DNA of 64,000 nt from Octopus vulgaris (lineage: Eukaryota), in the NCBI GenBank assembly GCA_951406725.2, contig OX597818.1, forward strand, positions 141,050,001 to 141,114,000, in the 5' to 3' direction. The notes under the pieces were generated by a model that was not told where the DNA came from, did not search any database, and was given only the letters and a program-made list of their open reading frames with translations. This document shows positions 55,938-64,000 of this stretch, one piece after another. The translations under genes and the position numbers were made by a program. The first letter of the stretch is position 1, and each line of letters opens with the position of its first letter.

Positions 55938-56362
55938 GTCTTGGTATAAAAGATGGGCTACAGCAGTCTTGTATGTGGGCTAGAAATATTCTGCTCAATA
56001 ACAGATTTGCTTGTCAGTTGTTTGGCCTTAACCAGTTGAGCATGTCCCTTAGTGGCTGACGATATGTGCATCTCTGATCACGAGCAGAAGTAGTGGGGGA
56101 GCATCATGGCCATGTGTTGAGAGGGATTCTTTGGGGTTTGAATAATACCTCTGGAAACATAATTTCGTTCAATCCTAAAGCAACCCTTAAGGGACCTAAT
56201 GGGCTACTCAACCTAATTCTAATACCTGCAAGGTCATGTGCTGTTTATATATAGATCACCATGTCGCGCACATATGGTTGTGATGCATGTGCCTGGTGTA
56301 TTAATAGTCATATGGGTAATATATTTTACCCCAGTGTCACTTTGATATGAACTGCTCTCTCA
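55938..56362 (+). mobile_element. Non-coding TAA-embedded element, 5'-truncated copy with many small deletions
   Basis: Homolog of 9352-9894 (reverse complement) and 25081-25533; TAA repeats on both sides. Confidence 0.85.
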
Positions 56363-56442
56363 TAATAATAATAATAATAATATTAGGGAGTATAGCCAAA
56401 CTTACAGGGAAAAATTAGATTTAGGATTAAATCCAATTGCAC

Positions 56443-56647
56443 AGTATGAATATAAATTAAATTAGAGGTAAAACCACTATTAGGCAACTCAAACAATGAT
56501 AGACATAAACGAACACATAAAAAACAAATATAATTAATATAATAAAAATTTTATATACATATTATATATTATGTTAATTATATTTGTTTTTTATTGTTTG
56601 AGTTGCCTAATAGTGGTTTTATCTCTAATTTAATTTATTTATATACT
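56443..56647. repeat. ~205-bp fold-back inverted repeat
   Basis: taaattaaattagag.taaaaccactattaggcaactcaaacaat...aaaaaacaaatataattaa and its reverse complement; one arm has ~21 extra nt. Confidence 0.9.
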
Positions 56648-57040
56648 AGCAGTATCGCCCGTCGTTGCTCGGGTTTGTAAGGGAAATAACTATATTAGCA
56701 TTTTTAGAGATGTAAAGTATAATAGCCATTTCAATATAGCTAACAACAAAGGGGGGTGTTACTGTAGCTTTTTACGTTCTGAGATTTAATAATACATTTT
56801 TAGAGAGTTACTTCCCTTATATATGCCAAAAATGCATTAAAAATGGGAAAAATTGATGGTAATTTTTTTTTTAAATCGTAGACTCATCGTAGACGCGCGC
56901 TAATACCCAGAAGGGCTCGATATGAATCACGACTATAAGATACCCGGTTTTGGTTAAAATGCACCGCAAAATGTGGGAGTAGTTAGGAATCTAAATCGTA
57001 GGAGACAGACAGCACACAACCTCTCTTTTATATATAAAGA
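56646..57040 (-). mobile_element. Non-autonomous Helitron (395 bp)
   Basis: Minus strand starts A|TCTTTATATATAAAAG and ends with imperfect GC hairpin cccgagcaacgacggg, 8 nt, CTAG|T: 5'-TC, 3'-hairpin-CTRR, AT target, no TSD. Confidence 0.88.
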
Positions 57041-58174
57041 TATAAGTTTTGAGTTCAACAGCTGGCAGCCTCGATATATTTTTTCTTAATAACATAACGT
57101 CCAGACTTCGCCTGGATTAGATTTAATCAACAGCTCACATCTACGACAAATTCATAATCTTCCGTCTACAGAAACATTGAATACTTTACAATAGCAAATT
57201 ATATAATTATATTGGCAAAAGAAAAAAAAAATCGAGCAAAAATGCGAAATCACTATCGAATAAGCAACAAAAGAAAGCAAGAATGTCAACGAAAGCCAGA
57301 ACGAAAGCAAACAAATAAAGATCAACACAAGCAACATAATCAAACTTGCTTAAAATTAATGAAGGAGTATGTAAAATTTCTAAAGCGGCGAAAACAATAA
57401 GATATAATGGCAACATATTCAACAAAAGTTTTCCTTTATTTCATCCGCTCACAGTTTCCATTTTCTTTTTTCTTCTCTTCTCAGATATTTTTCTTTTTAT
57501 ATACGACAATGGAGACCAGGGTAACAACTCCAACATAACAAAAACAGAAGAAGTCTGTTCCTATTTAGAAAGAGGCTATAATTCTTTGTTTGTTTATTTA
57601 TTTTGTTTGTTTTCCTTTCGTTAATGTTTTCTGGTTTCCTTCTTTTTTTTTTGTCTTTTTTTGTCTTGCTTTTACTCAAATATTCGACAATAGTTTTTAT
57701 TTGGGAATGAAAAGACTACCGTAATTAACTTGTTCATTATCTTCAAATCTAATGAACGCATAACAAATAGAAAATGATGGGAGACAAAGGAAGAGGAAAG
57801 ATGGAGAGAGAATGAGACTAAAAGAAAATAAGAGTTAGTGAGAGAGAGAGAGAGGAATGAGAAACGGGCCAGAATGAACTAACCCATATTATACAAACAC
57901 GTATGGATAGACAATTGCTGAAATACACATACAAACCATTCTGTTTTTTAAAGAATGAATTAGTAATAAATTTAAATAAACAAAGAAAACAATGAAAGAC
58001 AACAGATTATTATTGTTATTATCATAATTATAATTATAACACGTTTTCATTTTCCTCTTTTCCTGGAGAATCAATAACGGCTGTCTGTTAATGAAGAGGA
58101 GGCTGATGAGGAGGAGGGAAGAAGAGGAGAAATCGGAGAGAGTTAGCATAATTGAAATACTCAGATTTAGAGTG

Positions 58175-58827
58175 ATGGTGATGATGATGACAATGATGGT
58201 GGTGGTGGTGGTGGTGATGGTGGTGGTTATGGATGTGGTATCAGATGGTCTTTTGCTGTAATGGTATTGTTGGTGGAGTTCCTGATGCTGGTGTCTGTGT
58301 TGCTTCTTCTTCTTCTTCTTCTTCTTCTTCTTCTTCTTCTTCTTCTTCTTCTTCTTCTTCTTCTTCTTCTTCTTCTTCTTCTTCTTCTTCTTCTTCTTCT
58401 TCTTCTCCTCCTCCTCCTTCTTCTTTTCTTCTTCTTCTTCTTCTTCTTCTTCTTCTTCTTCTTCTTCCCCTGCTGCTGCTGCTGACGATGGTGATGGTGG
58501 TGATGGTGGTCTTGGTGGTGGTGGTGATGGTGGTGGTGGTGGTGGTTATGGTGGTGGGTGTAGTCTATGTTGTGAGCATCACGATGATGCTCGCACTGGT
58601 GAGGAGGATGGTGAGGATGACCATATAATGATGAAGATGATGGCAATTATTATTATTATTATTACTATAATTATTATTATCATTATTATTGTTATTACTG
58701 TTGTTGTTGTTGTTGTTATTATCATTATTTCGATGGTCTTGTACACTCGCTGATGATGATGCTCCTGGTGATCATGAAAATAACCATGATGGTAATTATG
58801 ATGATAATGATATTAATGATACAAAAA

Positions 58828-58892
<65 letters not shown>

Positions 58893-59444
58893 CGACGACG
58901 CCTACAACGTCGATGATGACGTCAATGGCGTACCATTATTGTTATGGCGCTTCATACAGCCGATTGATAGCTAGGGTTACTAAACTCGATTTTGAATATA
59001 ATGTGTGCAGTGGTAGCGACGATGGCGCCATTGGTGGCGGTGGCGGCGGCGGTGGTGGTGGGCGTCGGTGGTGGTGGGCGTCGGTGGCAGCGGTGGCGAT
59101 GGAGTTAGCGGTGGTGGTGTTGGGGGATGGTGCCTGTGATAATGGTGATTACGGCAAAGAGTTGTTATGAAGTAGGTGTCAATAGGGGAAGCATTCTGCT
59201 GTCTGTGAATAGTGTGGTGTTTAATGATACAACTTGATGTTCCTGATTCTGAAATTCTATGATTTCATTGTTTCTCTCCTGGCGGATAATGGTAAAGAGG
59301 ATAAGCACAACGACTACGATGAAGCTGATGGAAGTCACGGCTACCACCGCTGCTGCTTCTGCTGCTGCTGCCTCGTTGTCAATGTTGATTTTGGAAATTA
59401 TGATGTTCATCATCATCATCATCATCACCATGTGGAAGACAAGA

Positions 59445-59488
<44 letters not shown>

Positions 59489-59940
59489 TACACTACACAC
59501 AAGATGACCATGAGGAAGATGACACTGACGCTTATGACGTTGGTAACGATGTAGATAATGATGATGGTGACGACGGTGACGATGATGATGATGATGAGGA
59601 GGATGTGGAGGAGGAGGGGGATGGTGGTGATGACGACAACGACGACGACGATGATGATGATGATGATGATGATGATGAGGAGGAGGAGGAGGAGGAGGAG
59701 GATGATGGTGGTGATGACGACGACGACGGTGACGACGATGATGATGATGATGAGGAGGAGGAGGAGGATGGTGGTGATGACGACGACGACGATGATGATG
59801 ATGATGATGATGATGATGTTGATGATGATGATGATGAGGAGGAGGAGGAGGAGGAGGATGGTGGTGATGACGACGACGACGACGATGATGATGATGATGA
59901 TGATGACGACGATGATGACAACGACGACAACACTCACGAC
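58175..59940. repeat. Large compound trinucleotide low-complexity region (GGT, TTC, GAT, GCT, GAC, GAG, GA)
   Basis: Direct inspection; includes a higher-order repeat at ~59560-59925. Confidence 0.92.
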
Positions 59941-60357
59941 GATCACGGTAGTAGCGGTAATCGTTATGGTTGCCTTGCAAGAATTACCCCCCCCCTATCA
60001 CATCAAATTCTGATTGTGTATTTTTATTCTCCTCTATTATCATCATTATTGTTGATTTTGTCCTCTTACTTGACGAAAATTCCTCCCTTCACTCTGTTTC
60101 TACTCCGTCCTTGTACCAGAACTATGCCTTGGGTCCTTACGGCCAATAAAACATATAATTATCAATATGGTTGTTTCGAGAGTTCTCTATATATTTGTGC
60201 GCTGTGTTTGTATCGTCGAGCATACCATTATACACCTTCGGTACGTGCATTGATTCGTTTTTGCTTTCAATTTGATTTTATACTCAACATGTTTACGGTA
60301 ATTTTAGCATCTGTATAACTCCTGCAGTACAGTCAGTCGTTTCTTACAAGCATGTGA

Positions 60358-60740
60358 GGAGGCGCAATGGCAAAGTGGTTAGGGCAGCGGACTCGCGGTC
60401 ATAGGATCCCGGTTTCGATTTCAAGACCGGACGTTGTGAGTGTTTATTGAGCGAAAACACCTAAAAGCTCCACGAGGCTCGCGCAGGGGATGGTGGTGAA
60501 CCCTGCTGTACTCTTTCACCACACCTTTCTCTCACTCTTACTTCCTGTTTCTGTTGTACCTGTATTTCAAAGGGCCGGCCTTGTCACTCTCTGTGTCACG
60601 CTGAATATCCCCGAGAACTACGTTAAGGGTACACATGTCTGTGGAGTACTCAGCCACTTACACGTTAATTTCACGAGCAGGCTTTTCTGTTGATTCGGAT
60701 CAACCGGAACCCTCGTCGTCGTAACCAACGGAGTGCTTCT
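60358..60740 (+). mobile_element. SINE family 3 copy with TSD
   Basis: Matches 38272-38655; flanking direct repeat acaag(c/a)atgtgagg. Confidence 0.93.
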
Positions 60741-62924
60741 TCTTCTTCACAAGAATGTGAGGCTTGATAACACGAACCATACCTCCAGTAATTATTTTAG
60801 GTAACAATGATCACCCACGACAATTAGAAGTGAAAAGTGAAAGACGTCATATCCTCTCGGCATCCTTATTCTTTACTCAGGCGTATTTAATTATTCTAAT
60901 TACTCCCCACATCCAGAAAAAGTAAAGTTGATTCGTATTCATTCCAGTCGAATATATTGGATGAACGTGAGAAGAAATGCCTCGCCCAAGGATAACGCAC
61001 CACCCGCTCCGGAATTTGAACGCACGATCGTATAATCAGGAAAAGAGCACTAGGTCACGTGTCTCCATTTATCTCCGACTAGTTTCAGACTTCGTATGTA
61101 TGTGGACCGCCATGTAACAGTGTATCTATGAAACTTTTCCAGGTGAATATTCCTTCAGTTGCTGGTCATATAAGAATATTTTCCCCGTCAATTTAGTTTG
61201 TCATCCTGTTGGCCTTATTTGCTGTTTAGTCTTTTTTAAAACTATTTCATAATTCCCTACTTTCTACATGTATCTGTCATTTACTATCTCTGAAAGCAAA
61301 AAGCGGTATTTTCTATATTTTGTTGAGTGTTTTATAGCCATTTATATAAATTTTCCCTTTGTATTTTACTAGGTATTTTTATAGTCCTACAAAGAATATT
61401 TTTTTAATCTTTTATTTGCATGAAGCCGCTATACGAAGTTAATATTATTTTTTCCATGTCAAACTTTGGATGATATATTCTAAATGCAGTAAATAAATTT
61501 CCTGTTCTTTTCGCCTAGCTAAACTTACTAATTTATTTACTGTCAAGCTGAGAACGTCATAACTATAGCATACATTTGGAAACTTTAGATATTAAAGGCT
61601 ATCGCCTTATCGTTTGCATTTACCTCCGTTCTAAGTATTAATTCAATGTATTTATAATATTCAATCCTAAAATTTTCTGTCAATTTTCTGTAATGTACCC
61701 AGTTATATTATTTAATGATTTAGTCCAAGGATGAATGAATAAACTCATCATTTCTTTCAGTTCGTTTGAGACAGGAAGGTACAAATTACCATCCGTTTCG
61801 ACATCTGATCCAGATGATCAGACGGTAGTAGTATTAGGTATCTCGACGTTTTCCTTCTGCATTAAGAACATTTAGCTACATATAGTTTATTTAATACGGT
61901 GAAATTAAAATAATTTTAAATCAACTGAAATTTAAGTCATAATGAAGAGTATCGTCATTAGCATATACTAATTTATGTGTATGAGCGTGTGTACATGTGT
62001 TTGCATTTGTACGTATATATTATCACTACTGTACTGTCGACAAATTTTCTTGATTGGAGGCATCAGTAAAGGGACAATGTGAAAAGGAATTCCTATGGAC
62101 AACTTCAGAAAGTCACTATGGTATTCTCAAAGAGAAGAAGTCGATAGAGCAAAGTCAGATGATTCATCTTTAGCGGAACAAATACGGATTTAGTACACAA
62201 ATAACCCCTCATAACATTTTTATTTTTCGGAGCTTTCAGAAAAATTTTGCGAATTAGTATCCTACACGCGGGACTTCATACGATTATGCCAAAAACAAAA
62301 AATGTTGTGGTGTAGTGTGATTTAAGACCTAAGCTTATTCGCTTGCTATTTTTAGCTCATATGACAACCATCTCAATGACTGCGCGACAAAAATATTCGA
62401 TCGATAAACAAGTCTGCTTTTTTAATACAAAGTGATGTGTCATGCGAACAGTCAAATCGATAAAAGTGCATCTTTATTCTAGGAATGGCTAGATATAAGT
62501 AAATGCAGACTTAATTTCTAAAAAGTCTTTGTCATCCACAAAATGTTCACATCGCCCACCAAAATCTCAAATCGCTCACCATTTTCTAGAAATTCGCCCA
62601 TCACCCGCCTGTAAGTTGAAATCACACACCGGTGGGTGATATCGCCCACTTTGGGAAGCTATATATGAAGATATGAATAGTCGCATTCACATATATACAG
62701 GCCAGTTTCATATATGTTCACTTCAAAAATAGTAACTGCAGAGCATATACGCTACATAGTATCAAAACGTAGTAAAGTGTGCCGAGGTGTGAAACCTAAT
62801 ATACAGTTCATTGTGGACCATTTGTAAGCAGTGAATTTCTGCGGTATAAAATTACAAAATTTGCGAGAGGAAGATTCTGAAGCTCAAAAATGATTTCAAA
62901 TTTTGGTACTAGACCAGAAGCTTC

Positions 62925-63097
62925 CGGAGAGGGGTTAAGTAGATTACATCGACCTTTGTGTTCTACTGGTACTTATTTTATCGATATCGAAATGGTGAAA
63001 AGCAAAGTCGACCCCGGCGATATTTCAACTCAGAACATGTAGACGGTCGAAATGTCGCTGAACATTTTGCCCGGTGTACTTACGATTCTGCCATTTC
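62925..63097 (-). mobile_element. Degenerate SINE family 2
   Basis: ctggtacttattttatcga, gcaaagtcgacc and aactcagaac are reverse complements of the SINE 2 core. Confidence 0.75.
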
Positions 63098-63135
63098 GAA
63101 GCTTTAATATTACTTTAATAATATCTATCTACATT

Positions 63136-63532
63136 AAGGCGGTGAGCTGGCAGAGTTGTTAGCACACCGGGCGAAGTGCTTAGCGGTATTTCGTCTGTGA
63201 TTACGTTCTGAGTTCAAATTCCACCGAGGTCAACTTTGCCTTTGATCCTTTCGGGGTCGATAAATTAAGTACCAGTTACGAACTGGGGTCGATGTAATCG
63301 ACTTAATACCTATGTCTGTCCTTGTTTGTTCCCTTTGTGTTTAGCCCCTTGTGGGTAATAAAGAAATAGGTATTTCGCCTGTATTTACGTTCTGAGTTCT
63401 AATTCCACCGAGGTCAACTTTGCCTTTGATCCTTTCGGGGTCGATAAATTAAGAGCCAGTTGCGTACTGGGTTCGATCTAATCAACTGGCCCCTCCCCCA
63501 AAGTTTCGGGCCTTGTACCTAGAGTAGAATAG
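63136..63532 (+). mobile_element. SINE family 2, dimeric copy with TSD
   Basis: Two internal units; aatatctatcta at 63120-63131 and 63533-63544. Confidence 0.92.
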
Positions 63533-64000
63533 AATATCTATCTATATGTATTACAAACATATTTAAGATATGGCTCAGCGGTTCATCGTTAAATTGCTAA
63601 CATCAGTAATTACTTTTCCCAAGTATGTAAATATTTGAATGTGAAGATATTTTATTTATCTTCCACAAAAGAATTTTCATGTAGAAATCAGGTCTTTGTG
63701 ATATTATGAAGATGCCAGTAATTATATGTATGTTTAAATCTGTACGTATGTGTGTCTGTGTCCAAGTGTATGAATGTGTATATGTACATACAGAGATCTG
63801 CAAACACACCCGCTCATATATATGTATATATAATTATCATTATATGCACAAACAGTCTCAACAAAATATAAGCTCCACATATGGGCGAAATCAAACAAAC
63901 GCATTTTCGCAACTGTTACTCACAAGTGAAACAAGCACACTCTCAAACATAAACACATGTACACACGGACGCACACACACACGCACACACATACACACAC

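Noticed and set aside
59605-60318. 237-aa acidic protein ORF
   Set aside because: Poly-D/E comes from microsatellite, all frames on both strands are open there, and the C-terminal part looks non-coding.

Overview
AT-rich, microsatellite-dense animal genomic DNA. The SINE families and repeat landscape look like octopus or another coleoid cephalopod (inference). No host protein-coding gene can be supported; most ORFs in the track are translated microsatellites. Contents: (i) many decayed R4/Dong-type (RT + REL endonuclease) non-LTR retrotransposon pieces, mostly in (TAA)n; (ii) a 5'-truncated Penelope-like element (RT thumb + GIY-YIG) and several short PLE-like terminal fragments anchored on (TA)n, carrying minimal hammerhead-ribozyme motifs and/or 5' fold-back inversions; (iii) three tRNA-type SINE families; (iv) Tc1/mariner relics, a MITE and a non-autonomous Helitron; (v) two 1-2 kb minisatellites. 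Most interesting: hammerhead motifs with a compensatory U3-A8 core instead of C3-G8 and covarying stem II; a 2.2-kb 34-bp satellite that matches an internal SINE segment and abuts the PLE 5' junction; and a non-coding ~540-bp element that inserts into (TAA)n with fixed orientation, like a Dong-dependent non-autonomous retroposon. All alignments and folds were done by eye; boundaries are approximate.
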